Positions 29,459 to 39,234 are shown, numbered from the stretch's first letter. The stretch: 64,000 nucleotides of DNA from a virus (IMGVR_UViG_3300005077_000014:21375-85374), one strand, 5' to 3'. Notes: generated by a model not told the origin, from the letters alone. A program made the numbers and translations.

Positions 29459-30064
29459 ATGTCCATCACACATCCCCACATCTTCCAAATCCCATGGCAA
29501 TCGCTCGGCTCTGGCCGGCCAATCATTCCATATGCCCGCGTTTACATCGAGGCCATACTTGCGCTGAAAGGAAAAGAAAACCACAGCGACGACACCAACG
29601 CCATTGCCCCCATCCACATTCTCGAAATCGGCACATTCGACGGCTGCTCGGCCCGCATCATGTATGAGACACTTGACCGACACTTCTCATTCTTCAAACT
29701 AACACTCATTGAGCCAGAAATCAGAGAAGCGGCACTCGAACTCACCGACATGAAGCCATCCATTCAGTTCATCCAAGCTTACGCTGAAAACGTGGCGCAT
29801 CTCTTCCCAGACAACCATTTCGACCTGATGCACATCGACATGTCGCCCCACTCATTCGAGCAACATGTCACAGTCCACGACCTATACTGGCAGAAGCTCA
29901 AACCTAGACACTCCATGATTATCCACGATTACGACGCAACGTATGGCACATATCGATTCGTCAATGAAGTGCTCGGCAAAAGCAGCCAGTGGCACATCAT
30001 GCACATTGAGGCGAGACCTGAAAGCCCAACAACAAGGCCAGTGGTCGTGAGAAGGATGTATTAA
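29459..30064 (+). CDS. class I SAM methyltransferase (Methyltransf_24-like)
   Basis: LEIGTFDGCS, DLMHID, IIHDY motifs; resembles the N-domain of 15985-17352. Confidence 0.8.
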   Translation: MSITHPHIFQIPWQSLGSGRPIIPYARVYIEAILALKGKENHSDDTNAIAPIHILEIGTFDGCSARIMYETLDRHFSFFKLTLIEPEIREAALELTDMKPSIQFIQAYAENVAHLFPDNHFDLMHIDMSPHSFEQHVTVHDLYWQKLKPRHSMIIHDYDATYGTYRFVNEVLGKSSQWHIMHIEARPESPTTRPVVVRRMY

Positions 30065-30065
30065 A

Positions 30066-30560
30066 ATGGCAAGAAAACCAATAGACACCACAGAACGCAT
30101 CGCCATAGCAAACAGCGCCCTGCAAACATTCGCCCACTCGATTGAGCTCTATCGGGGGACACACGAGCTTAGAATCCGCTGGGATATTCGCCAAGAAAAA
30201 TGCGCTGACGACTATCCAGCTCGCCTACGCGGTGACGGGACATGGCCTAAATACGGTTACTACCGATACCCAACAGGCGGGACAGGCCAACAGGCAATCG
30301 CCCAGTTGATTCGCTACATCCGAGACCTTAACCGGTTGCCAATCGACACATGGAAATACTGGGCAAGTGACACAGTCAAGCTGTGCAATTCTCAAACAGT
30401 GGAAATCCTGCAAAACTCTGACTATGGGAACCCAAAGAAGACTCGCTGCGTGTTGTGTGGCTCAACAGAATTCAAGCCTGGACTCGATTGGTGGAGCCTT
30501 AATGGACTCACCGGCCCCTGTTGTTGGGGTGGAAAATGCAAGCACACAAAGGAACCATAA
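30066..30560 (+). CDS. hypothetical protein with C-terminal Cys cluster
   Basis: 164 aa, CVLCG...GPCC..GKC. Confidence 0.55.
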   Translation: MARKPIDTTERIAIANSALQTFAHSIELYRGTHELRIRWDIRQEKCADDYPARLRGDGTWPKYGYYRYPTGGTGQQAIAQLIRYIRDLNRLPIDTWKYWASDTVKLCNSQTVEILQNSDYGNPKKTRCVLCGSTEFKPGLDWWSLNGLTGPCCWGGKCKHTKEP

Positions 30561-30564
30561 CCCC

Positions 30565-30834
30565 ATGCCCCACTGGAAAAACAAACTCGACATCTCTCCC
30601 CATTGGCAAAAAGCAAAAGAGCGCACAATCTCCCCACAAGAGCTTGCCTCGTTCATTGCCGCCAAAATCACAAAGCTCCACCACTACACCACAAACGAAG
30701 AGCTGCAGACGGTCCACGACATATTCATCGGTCTCTCAGAAGACGAAGACGCCGACTGGAACGATATTGACATCGCCATGCAAGAGTTATACGACTGGGG
30801 AGATGTCGGTTATAGATGCTGGATAAAGACGTGA
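30565..30834 (+). CDS. small hypothetical protein
   Basis: Start re-called to ATG 30565 (MPHWKNKLD). Confidence 0.5.
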   Translation: MPHWKNKLDISPHWQKAKERTISPQELASFIAAKITKLHHYTTNEELQTVHDIFIGLSEDEDADWNDIDIAMQELYDWGDVGYRCWIKT

Positions 30835-30879
30835 CGTGGTAGATAAACGACAAACAGGAAGGCAAACAGGGACACCATC

Positions 30880-31236
30880 ATGATTCTCAACATCGCAGAC
30901 CTCGTGAACCCTGAAACCGGGAACACATACAGACAAGACAACATGGCCAAGAAACACACAATCCCCATTGGCTCATTAGTTGAAATTGTCCACAACCCAA
31001 TACCCGGCATAAAAGATGACCCTGAAGACCTTCTCGAAATCGGCATTCGCCTTCATGTTGTTGCCCACACAAGAGACTGCGACGGAACACCTCTTTATTC
31101 CCTTGGGATTTATGGGAATGAAGGCGACCTGTGTGTCATGGGTGACGTGACGCTGAAGGCTGGAAGATTCAGCCCGAGGATCCTTCAAACCTTCCATGGA
31201 TATGGCGAAGAGCAACTGAAACTTATTGAAAGGTAA
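30880..31236 (+). CDS. hypothetical protein
   Basis: 118 aa; HTIPIGSLVE...RDCDGTPLYSL. Confidence 0.55.
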   Translation: MILNIADLVNPETGNTYRQDNMAKKHTIPIGSLVEIVHNPIPGIKDDPEDLLEIGIRLHVVAHTRDCDGTPLYSLGIYGNEGDLCVMGDVTLKAGRFSPRILQTFHGYGEEQLKLIER

Positions 31237-31238
31237 AA

Positions 31239-31556
31239 ATGTCACTCCTCGAAGACATGATATCAGACTTCAAAAGCACGGTTGACGCAACAGTCAAAGT
31301 CCAAACTGCCAAAGTCGAACAACTTGAAGCCGACCTGTCCACAGCAACTCGCATCATCGCCCACCTTGCCCAACAAGCCGGCTGCTCGGTTGACATTCCA
31401 TCCAGCGTCATCAACACAACAGACAGCGACATCATCACCAACTCACACCACAACATCGAGAAAGATTGCATCACCATCACAGTGAAGAAACGGGGCGAGA
31501 CAACGGTGAGTTTTCGAGATATAATCAACAAAGACAGAGACAATAAAAAGGATTGA
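31239..31556 (+). CDS. hypothetical protein
   Basis: 105 aa, coupled spacing. Confidence 0.5.
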   Translation: MSLLEDMISDFKSTVDATVKVQTAKVEQLEADLSTATRIIAHLAQQAGCSVDIPSSVINTTDSDIITNSHHNIEKDCITITVKKRGETTVSFRDIINKDRDNKKD

Positions 31557-31559
31557 TCC

Positions 31560-31817
31560 ATGAAAGACTATTACTTCATATGCAAAGACTGCGGATATCC
31601 AAGCATTAATCCTGGATGGAAAATCGAAGGGAAGTGGCAATCCCCAGTCTGTAATAATTGTGGCGGCTATTCACTAGACAGGGTGTTTGAGGAAAACAAA
31701 GACAAACCCCCAACACACGACACACAGGAGACGTCGAGCGTTCCCCCACCAAAAAGGGAAGCGCCCCCATCAAAGAGAAGGGAACAACCGATAAAAGAAA
31801 GCGGAGACAAGCCATGA
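31560..31817 (+). CDS. small zinc-ribbon protein
   Basis: CKDC...CNNC. Confidence 0.5.
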   Translation: MKDYYFICKDCGYPSINPGWKIEGKWQSPVCNNCGGYSLDRVFEENKDKPPTHDTQETSSVPPPKREAPPSKRREQPIKESGDKP

Positions 31818-32206
31818 ACGAACACGAATCAAAACTCTACTCCCTACGCACCATGCCCTGTCGCCACACAATCAACTTCCCAACCTTCCCGCCAACCAGC
31901 TATGTCAACTGGAACACACTGCATCACGCTTGGCCACAAACCCACTGGTATCCAGAAGGCTATGGACTGATTGAGACAATAGATGCGCCACAAACACAAC
32001 TCAACCGCTTATTCCAACAAGCGCTCAACCAAATTGATGACCGACTCCCCGACAACGTGGTCATTCTGGGCAAGCCAACCGGCAGCCATTTCGTCATCGT
32101 CTATTTCATGGACAACCAACACGAAACGTTCAACGGGACCTACGAAGAGTTGGTTAAATATCTACAAAGGCAAAGACGAGAAAAGAAACTGAGGGTGGTG
32201 AAATGA
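31814..32206 (+). CDS. hypothetical protein
   Basis: 130 aa, overlaps both neighbours by 4 nt. Confidence 0.5.
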   Translation: MNEHESKLYSLRTMPCRHTINFPTFPPTSYVNWNTLHHAWPQTHWYPEGYGLIETIDAPQTQLNRLFQQALNQIDDRLPDNVVILGKPTGSHFVIVYFMDNQHETFNGTYEELVKYLQRQRREKKLRVVK

Positions 32207-32571
32207 TGCTTGAACCAGAAACAACAGACTATGTGCGGCTTCACTTTACATTCCAATCCATCCTTGCCAAAATCATTACATACGAAGACTGGCGCACCAC
32301 CACTATCCATCAAATGAAACTCGCAATGTTGCAACCCACACTACAACCCATCATCGACAAAATAAATCTCGACCTGGATATCGCCGGCAACGTCGTTATT
32401 TGTGGCGGGAGAATCCTGCCCCCAAACGAAATACGAGACAAACTAATGAGCAACAAAAAGTGGATACCCAAAACAACAAAGTCAACCGCAGACAACAAAA
32501 ACAAGGTTGGCTCGCCCCACAAAAAGCAACGAGCATTCCGAAAACAGAAAAACAGGAGCTTCTATTCATAA
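32203..32571 (+). CDS. hypothetical protein
   Basis: 122 aa, basic C-terminus. Confidence 0.45.
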   Translation: MMLEPETTDYVRLHFTFQSILAKIITYEDWRTTTIHQMKLAMLQPTLQPIIDKINLDLDIAGNVVICGGRILPPNEIRDKLMSNKKWIPKTTKSTADNKNKVGSPHKKQRAFRKQKNRSFYS

Positions 32572-32612
32572 ACATCCACACAACACAAAACGCCACACCA
32601 AAAGGACACCCC

Positions 32613-32903
32613 ATGAAATCCCGACAATCTCACCGTCGCAAAATCAATCGAAAGAAAACTCGCTCCTTCTTTAATCGCTGGCAATCAAAAATACCAAAGC
32701 GACTCACACCCGAGAACGTCAGACGAGCCATAGACAGCGCCACAGAGACAGACACACTGTGTCCCGAACTTGCCATTGTGCCCATGTCTCCCGATACCCA
32801 GCCCGACTTCGACATCAACGAAATAACCCGTCTCTCATCTCTCCCATACTGGCAACTCACAGGCTGGCCAAACAACGAGCGGGACGACGACACTCCCCAG
32901 TAA
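32613..32903 (+). CDS. hypothetical protein
   Basis: Start re-called to ATG 32613 (AAAGGA RBS). Confidence 0.4.
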   Translation: MKSRQSHRRKINRKKTRSFFNRWQSKIPKRLTPENVRRAIDSATETDTLCPELAIVPMSPDTQPDFDINEITRLSSLPYWQLTGWPNNERDDDTPQ

Positions 32904-33079
32904 CAAACCAAACGCCCCTGCTCACCCGGCCGCTCATCCCATCACACCCATCCATGCGATAAATGTGGGCAGATATGGTGAGATAGCTCAGCAACCCCTT
33001 ACTAGCCACATTTTGTCATCGCGTGCCTTGCAAAATGCAAGGTCAGTTTTCCTACATTTCGGTATGATTTGAAACTCAT

Positions 33080-33127
33080 AACCTACCATTATGTAGGAAT
33101 TGGTGATTCCATACATAATGGTAGGTT
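33080..33127. repeat. long inverted repeat (21-bp stem, one bulge)
   Basis: AACCTACCATTATGTA-GGAAT-TGGTG-ATTCC-A-TACATAATGGTAGGTT. Confidence 0.85.
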
Positions 33128-33163
33128 TGTGGGGGGATTACACCCGCGCTCATGCGCCCCCAG

Positions 33164-33204
33164 CTGTCAACTTTCTTTACACCTGTCAACTTTCTTTACA
33201 CCTG
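33164..33204. repeat. 19-bp tandem repeat
   Basis: CTGTCAACTTTCTTTACAC x2. Confidence 0.85.
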
Positions 33205-33253
33205 ATATGTCGTAAATTGGACACTCCTACCATTTGGTAGGTTTTTCATTTGA

Positions 33254-33291
33254 GCACTGCCCTTGTAATGCAGTGCTTGTGCTGGTATAAT
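33254..33291 (+). promoter_or_regulatory. sigma70-like promoter with operator palindrome and no downstream ORF
   Basis: TTGTAA(33263)-17-TATAAT(33286); GCACTGC...GCAGTGC inverted repeat brackets the -35. Confidence 0.6.
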
Positions 33292-33866
33292 TGCCATATT
33301 ATTATTCTTTTTCTTTTTCGTTCTCGTTGGCGTTAACGTTTCGTTAACATTGTGGCTGGTGTTCGAGGCATTGACTGGTTAACAGAAGCCAGCCCCTGAA
33401 ACATTGGGAGTCCCAGAATCCCAAACGACTGGACCACTGGCCGGGTCTTTGTAGCTGGTGGAAAATTTGTGAGACATTTTGGCGACATATCGTGTTTTTG
33501 TTCATTGATGGATGTGTGTTGTTTGACATTGAGACATGTGGCGACGTTCATTGAGACGATTGACGAGAGCCGTTGACGTGATTGCCTGCGCAGTTTTGTT
33601 GCTCCACACTTTCAGGCTTCGCCATTTGCCCATACAGCGATTTTTTTTGACGAGGAATAGGAAAGTGTGTTTTGTTTTTTGGAAAGCAGAAACACGCCTT
33701 TTTGTTCGTTTAGAGTTATGTGCGCGTGGGTTGTCTTTAATGAGTGTGAGTTGTCTTTAATGGCTGTGTGGTCTTTTGTCATTTTCCCATCGTCGGAGGG
33801 TGGTGGGCCTTTTTTGTTGGCAGTGGGAAATATCTAGGCTGTTGCTATTGTTGTTAAATTTGGCCA

Positions 33867-34075
33867 TTTTCCCACTTTTCCCACCTTTCCCACTCGAAAA
33901 GGGTAGACCTATATATAAAAAAATTTTTTTCGGTGTTTAAGGAAAAAATATTTTCTCTATACGTATACCCTGTTTAGGTGGTAAAGGTGGTAAAAGTGGT
34001 AAAATGAATATATTCTATAATGATAACAGGTAAATATTCGGTTACCACTGGTCAGCTTACTTTTCCCACTGGTGG
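33867..34075. other. putative replication origin
   Basis: Three tandem TTT(A/C)CCAC-type 9-mers on each side, in inverted orientation (33867-33893, 33977-34003), around an AT-rich core; just past the primase gene. Confidence 0.6.
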
Positions 34076-34077
34076 TG

Positions 34078-37000
34078 TTAATCATCTTGTGGCGTGACAT
34101 TATTATACTTTCTGTCAAGTCGTCTTAACGGTGACACAATATTCTCTTTTGTGCATAAAGTTTTCTCTTTGTTTTCAATAAGATGCAACTCTCGATTCGT
34201 TGCTGTGTAGTGCGTTGTTACTGTCGGGGGCTCCCCTCCCTGTATGTCCTCCCCTTCTAAACCCTGGGGTGCGGCGATTCCGAACAGCTCGCCATCGTGC
34301 GCGGCGTCAATGCCATAGCGAGTTATGGCGACTTTCTTTGTTCCTTGGTGGGTGCATGTGTTTCGCTTTCTATCTTTGTCTGTGTGAAGCCAGCCGTGTT
34401 GTTTCCATGCTTTGATTGCTGCGTTGCTGTCATAGTGGGAGTGTTCGAGTGCTTCTCGCAGGACGTGTGGATAAACGTATATGCGTTCCCAGTTGTCGCT
34501 TGGCTCCCAGTTGCCATAATTGGGGGTTGGTGTTTCGTCAATTTGGCGTTGGTTGCCCATTGAGTCGGTGGAGATTTTGAAGTGGCGCCCGACGAATTTG
34601 TTTTCATTGGCGTTGACCCATTCCCAGACATATTGGAGTGAGCGCTTGCCAATGTCGGCTTCTGCGGCGTCGTCTTCTATCTCGGGCCAGATGTCGATGA
34701 ATGGGTTTGTGAATGGGAATGGGAGTATGGCCCCTGCGGGGGGCTTTGTTTCGTGGAGAATGTGGGCGGCGACGACAATTGCGGCGTGTAGGTCTGCGAG
34801 TCTTGCTGCGGCTCCTGATGTGGTGAGTATTTTATTGGCTGTGTCTGTGAACATGGCTCGGTATTCGGGCCAGCGGTCATGGTTTGCTATTAGGTGGTCG
34901 ATGAATAGTGGTCCAATGTGGCCGTAGTTGAGGCAGACGATGTTGTTGAGTTCGGTGACGAGCTCGCGGGACTCTTGGTCTGTTTTCTCGAATGGATATC
35001 CTTCGATGGACAGGACGCGGACCTTTGCGCCTCCATCTGTTGCGTAGTCTGAAAGTGGAGCTTCGCCGGTTGACAGGGTGACGGTTCGCCAATAGCGGGT
35101 GACTTGGGTGCCAGCGATGGAGCCGCGAACCTTGCCGTGGCCTTCAGCCAGTCCATAGATGAAGTTTTTCAGTTGTTTCTGGTTGCCGGCTGTTTTTGTG
35201 TCGTCCAGGAATAGGGGCAGGTCTGTTTGGGTTGTGGCGATGCGTTCGAGTCCAACGTGTGATGCTCGCCATGAGTGGACAATGGAGTTCGGGTTTTTCT
35301 CGTTTGGGTTGCCCCAGGCCGAAGCGACGAAGCGGAGTGCAATGGACTTTCCTGACGATGTGCCGGCTGATATGTCGATAAAGAATGAGTTGAGGTTGAG
35401 GATGTGGAGCAGTGGTGCGACGAATGAGCCATAGAAGGGCACAGCGACCCTGGGGTAATAGGTCAGGATGTGTTCAGCTATTTCGAGCCACGCGGCGAGT
35501 GAGCCTGACTGTGTGGAGAATGAGCGGCCAGCTTGTTTGTCTCCGTCATCGGCACCAATGAATGAGACGGTGGTGTCGCCGTGGCAAATATCGCCATAAA
35601 TGAAAGAGGGCGAGGGTGTAGATATGTCTTGGTTGTCTGCGTGGAGATTCGCTTTGTTGCTTTTGCCATGAGCAGCATTTTTCTTGATTATCCATCCCAT
35701 TTGACTGGATGTGTCGGTTGTTTCATAGTGGAGCCGGTTCACTGTTTCGAGGTCGTAAAGGTATTCGGCAAGCTCTTTTGTGTTTTTGCCAACAGGGAAT
35801 CCTTTGTCGGCAAGGGCGATGATGCGCATTTTGTCGAATGCTATTTTTCGGGGGATTTCCAGTGTGCGCCATGAATAGTTTTCGGGTTGATAGTAGGCGA
35901 TTTGGAGCAGCATGTTGTTTGTGAAGACGTCTTGCATTCGTTGTGTGATGAATAGCGGGACTGAGCAGACGTGTTTTCGTTCGGTCTTTGAGTGAGATTC
36001 TTTTTTCAGGTGAATTCCATTGATGGTGATTTCGTATCCTGGGGGAAGTGAGAGGCTTTCACAGGACTCGGGCACTGGGATGTTGAGCGTTGAGAGTGCG
36101 TTGGATAGTGGCGTGGCTTCTCTTTTTTTGTTTTCAGTGAATTCGCAAGCGTCTGGCTTGGCTTTTTGCATGTTGATTATGGCGTCATTGATTTCCTTTT
36201 TGGAGAATTTGTTCTTTTCGAGCAGGGTTGTGATGCGTTTGTGGAGCGTGGCGTCAGTTTTATGGGCTTGAGATAGCGCCACGAGGAATGTGGTGTTGGT
36301 GAGAATTGACGGGTCTTTGGCCTGGATTTGGTCTTGAAAGTCATTGAGTATCATTTCGAGGCGCGATGGTGCGCTGTTAATGAGTGACTGGAAGTCTCTT
36401 GTTGAATGGGTCAAGAAATATGAGTTCAGGTCTTGTTTGGCGATTGATTTGAGCCGTCGATATTCTTCTTTGTCTTGTGTGGGGATAAGGTTTGACGCTT
36501 TTGTTACCTCTTTCATTGTGAGAGATGGGGTGATTTTCCATCGTTCAGCGATTGTGTCTGCGGCGGCTTGTTGCTCGTGTGAGTATGGCAGGGAAATGAT
36601 GCGCACAGGGATGTTTTCGGATTCGAGCCATTTTGATGTGTTGATGGCTCCAGTTTTGCCGGCCTGTGAGATTTCTGTGTCGAATGTGATGTAAACGGTT
36701 GTTGGTTGCTCTGGGGAATGGGATTTCAGTTTCCTTGCGATTCGGGGCTTATCGTCTTTTTTGATGTTCGTGGTGATGGGTGAGATGACATTGAATCCAT
36801 GGTCCATTGCCGAGATTGCGTCAGTCATGCCTTCGGCAAGAATTATGTGGTCTGGTCGTGAGGCGAGAATGTCTTCGTTCCAGATGACAGAGTTGGAGAT
36901 TAGTTTCGAGACTTTCTTGTGTTTCTTTTCGCTGTGAGTGGGCAGCTTTTTGTATTTTGAGCCGGTGTTCGAGAATTTGCGTTCATGTTCAGGGGTCCAT

Positions 37001-37758
37001 TGTGTTTCACGGCCAATGAGATAGACGACTCGGCCACGGTTCCAGTATGGAAAAATGAAACGGTTGTTGAAGATTGGTTCTGGTCTGTTTTGATAGTCTG
37101 ACTTGAAAGCGCCACAGACAATCAGGTCATCGTTTTCGTAGGTATGTCCGAAAAGGGCCATGTGGTCGTAGACTGTGGGAGAATTTGCGGGGTAATTATC
37201 TGAATATCCAATTTGCAATGTCTTAATTATCTCTTCAGACAGGCCATATTTTGAGCGGAGCGCAAGTAGGGCGTCCGGATTTGTCATGAGTTGACGGTGA
37301 TAATAAGCCGCCAATTTAGTTAAGATTCCAAAAACGTGATCTTCTTCAAGTCGATCTTGTTCATATTTTTTAATTTGTTCGGGGTCCATATTGAGTTTAG
37401 ATAGGGGTGGTAATCCTTTTTTTGCAGCAAGCCAATCCCTGGCCTGACGATGTGTTTCAGGCATTTCGCCACGGACACCTTTAGTTACGGTTGAGAATTT
37501 ACTGAACTCTACAAGCTGTATATTGCCTCCACCCTTGTTGCAACCAAAGCAATGCCAGCAATTGTTCACAAGGTCTATTATCAGGCTTGTTTTTGAGACT
37601 GAGTCATGCCCTGGGCAGTCGCAATGTAAGTAATGGCTTGTTTCCCTTGTAATTCGTCCCGCAAGCAATTCTCTTGCAATTTCCCCGATTGCCCCCGACT
37701 CTATTATTGCGTAATAGGTTTTATGGTCTGTGACGTGAGAAAGTTGGTTAGTTTTCAT
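34078..37758 (-). CDS. DNA primase-helicase-like replication protein (Zn finger + TOPRIM + DUF927)
   Basis: CDCPGH...CWHCFGC zinc finger; LAEGMTDAI and FDTE TOPRIM; AGTSSGKS P-loop, LFLDD, STGEAPL DUF927-type region. Confidence 0.85.
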   Translation of the reverse strand: MKTNQLSHVTDHKTYYAIIESGAIGEIARELLAGRITRETSHYLHCDCPGHDSVSKTSLIIDLVNNCWHCFGCNKGGGNIQLVEFSKFSTVTKGVRGEMPETHRQARDWLAAKKGLPPLSKLNMDPEQIKKYEQDRLEEDHVFGILTKLAAYYHRQLMTNPDALLALRSKYGLSEEIIKTLQIGYSDNYPANSPTVYDHMALFGHTYENDDLIVCGAFKSDYQNRPEPIFNNRFIFPYWNRGRVVYLIGRETQWTPEHERKFSNTGSKYKKLPTHSEKKHKKVSKLISNSVIWNEDILASRPDHIILAEGMTDAISAMDHGFNVISPITTNIKKDDKPRIARKLKSHSPEQPTTVYITFDTEISQAGKTGAINTSKWLESENIPVRIISLPYSHEQQAAADTIAERWKITPSLTMKEVTKASNLIPTQDKEEYRRLKSIAKQDLNSYFLTHSTRDFQSLINSAPSRLEMILNDFQDQIQAKDPSILTNTTFLVALSQAHKTDATLHKRITTLLEKNKFSKKEINDAIINMQKAKPDACEFTENKKREATPLSNALSTLNIPVPESCESLSLPPGYEITINGIHLKKESHSKTERKHVCSVPLFITQRMQDVFTNNMLLQIAYYQPENYSWRTLEIPRKIAFDKMRIIALADKGFPVGKNTKELAEYLYDLETVNRLHYETTDTSSQMGWIIKKNAAHGKSNKANLHADNQDISTPSPSFIYGDICHGDTTVSFIGADDGDKQAGRSFSTQSGSLAAWLEIAEHILTYYPRVAVPFYGSFVAPLLHILNLNSFFIDISAGTSSGKSIALRFVASAWGNPNEKNPNSIVHSWRASHVGLERIATTQTDLPLFLDDTKTAGNQKQLKNFIYGLAEGHGKVRGSIAGTQVTRYWRTVTLSTGEAPLSDYATDGGAKVRVLSIEGYPFEKTDQESRELVTELNNIVCLNYGHIGPLFIDHLIANHDRWPEYRAMFTDTANKILTTSGAAARLADLHAAIVVAAHILHETKPPAGAILPFPFTNPFIDIWPEIEDDAAEADIGKRSLQYVWEWVNANENKFVGRHFKISTDSMGNQRQIDETPTPNYGNWEPSDNWERIYVYPHVLREALEHSHYDSNAAIKAWKQHGWLHTDKDRKRNTCTHQGTKKVAITRYGIDAAHDGELFGIAAPQGLEGEDIQGGEPPTVTTHYTATNRELHLIENKEKTLCTKENIVSPLRRLDRKYNNVTPQDD

Positions 37759-38869
37759 CGTTTTTAACCTTGTGAATTGTGGTGATAAGGTCTTCAGGGT
37801 TGTTGGTCCCGCGAAGGTGGCTTGCGATTTTACGGATTACCCATTGACCTTTTGATGGGTCTGTTTTTGATCCTTTTCCTGTTAAATAAGAACGATAGTG
37901 TGCGGAGCAAACATGAGGACAGTGTTTTGTGTGTGATGGTGTGTTTGTTGTTGTGCTGTTAGTTTTTATTATAGAAGGAACGTCGTCTCCAAAGCGGTAA
38001 CTCAGGTGTCTGATGTTTATTTGTTTGTTACTTGTTGTTTTTTGTTTTTTGTTGTCTGCCGGTCTCTCTTTTTTGTTATATGTGTTGGTTATTGTTTGTG
38101 TTTTGTTTTTTTGTGAAACAAGAAACAATATAGTATTGATCATAAAGTAATATAGTGTTGCAAATGATGCTAGTTTCTCGGTTGGCACCTGTCCTAAATA
38201 TGCAGAACTTGAAACAGACTCCACAAGGTCTTCTTTATTGAGGTCAATTGGTAAAATTCCCTGCAATTCACAACTGTCTGGGGTTTGAATTGCGCCAGTC
38301 AAGGACGGAGTGAATTTGTCTGTTCCGTGTAGCCCAATTGTAATTATTAAAAATCGAAATGGGGACAATTGATATCCCCCTAGTGTAGCGTTTTGATGAC
38401 AAATAGCGAAAGACGTTTCTGGAAGGTCTTCCCAAAAGGACAAGGGGATTTTGTCTGGCCTAACGAACTGTTTTGATATTTGTTTTATGGAGCTGTCATC
38501 GAGCACATAAAGCTTTCTGTATTGTCGCCACGAAGACATGGCGAATGTTGTTACTAGTGCACTTACGTTGCTTTCTGGGGCTTCTGTTGTTTTATTATAA
38601 TAGGCTAAAAGTTGTTGCTTTATGATGTTCTTCTCTCTTAGACAAAAGGCGGTTTTTTCTTTTCTTAGGGTTTTGTGATAAGCATCAAGCAAGACTGTTC
38701 CTGGATAGCGCACAAGGGGGGACCACACAACACCAGAGTTAATTAGCTTTTCTCTGGCTATTTCGTTTCTTCGCCATATATTGGGCATGTTTTTTGCAAT
38801 TGTTGTTTCGTTACAAGAAAGACAGTCAACGACTTGCTCAAGGTGTGTTTTTTGAGTTTTTTTTTCCAT
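37748..38869 (-). CDS. hypothetical protein, AT-rich gene
   Basis: 373 aa; C-terminal PHVCSAHYRSYLTGKG resembles a degenerate PHxRRxHW motif. Confidence 0.55.
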   Translation of the reverse strand: MEKKTQKTHLEQVVDCLSCNETTIAKNMPNIWRRNEIAREKLINSGVVWSPLVRYPGTVLLDAYHKTLRKEKTAFCLREKNIIKQQLLAYYNKTTEAPESNVSALVTTFAMSSWRQYRKLYVLDDSSIKQISKQFVRPDKIPLSFWEDLPETSFAICHQNATLGGYQLSPFRFLIITIGLHGTDKFTPSLTGAIQTPDSCELQGILPIDLNKEDLVESVSSSAYLGQVPTEKLASFATLYYFMINTILFLVSQKNKTQTITNTYNKKERPADNKKQKTTSNKQINIRHLSYRFGDDVPSIIKTNSTTTNTPSHTKHCPHVCSAHYRSYLTGKGSKTDPSKGQWVIRKIASHLRGTNNPEDLITTIHKVKNDEN

Positions 38870-38943
38870 ACAGACCCTCCAGGGGACCGCGAAGTTAAAT
38901 GTTTACCCAGACAAAGGCAAGGCAAAAGGGCGCATGTTGATTG

Positions 38944-39234
38944 TTAGTGTGTTGTTTGGGTGTCGGGTGGCAACGCTTCGGTTTTCTGGTCTATGTCGTC
39001 AAGGTATTTTGTGGCTTGTGCAATGACGGCGTGAATGTCTCGTGATATTAGCGTCAAGACGACTTCTTTGACCTGTTCCTCTTCTGTGGGTGACATTATC
39101 GGCGCTGAGTCTGGGATTGTGACGTTGAATTGCGAGTTTTCGTTTGTTGGCTCTGTGAAATACCAGATAATGGCATCTCTGCGGATTGATGCGTGGATGG
39201 AGTGGGCAAGGCTATTGATTGCGTGGGGGGTCAT
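38944..39234 (-). CDS. hypothetical protein
   Basis: 96 aa, coupled to the upstream ORF. Confidence 0.5.
   Translation of the reverse strand: MTPHAINSLAHSIHASIRRDAIIWYFTEPTNENSQFNVTIPDSAPIMSPTEEEQVKEVVLTLISRDIHAVIAQATKYLDDIDQKTEALPPDTQTTH

Noticed and set aside
32980-33010. GAGATAGCTCAG resembling a tRNA 5-prime/D-arm start
   Set aside because: No anticodon arm, TTCGA T-loop or acceptor pairing follows
34103-34130. TTGACA and TATAAT close together on the - strand
   Set aside because: Only 5 nt apart and inside the primase C-terminal coding sequence
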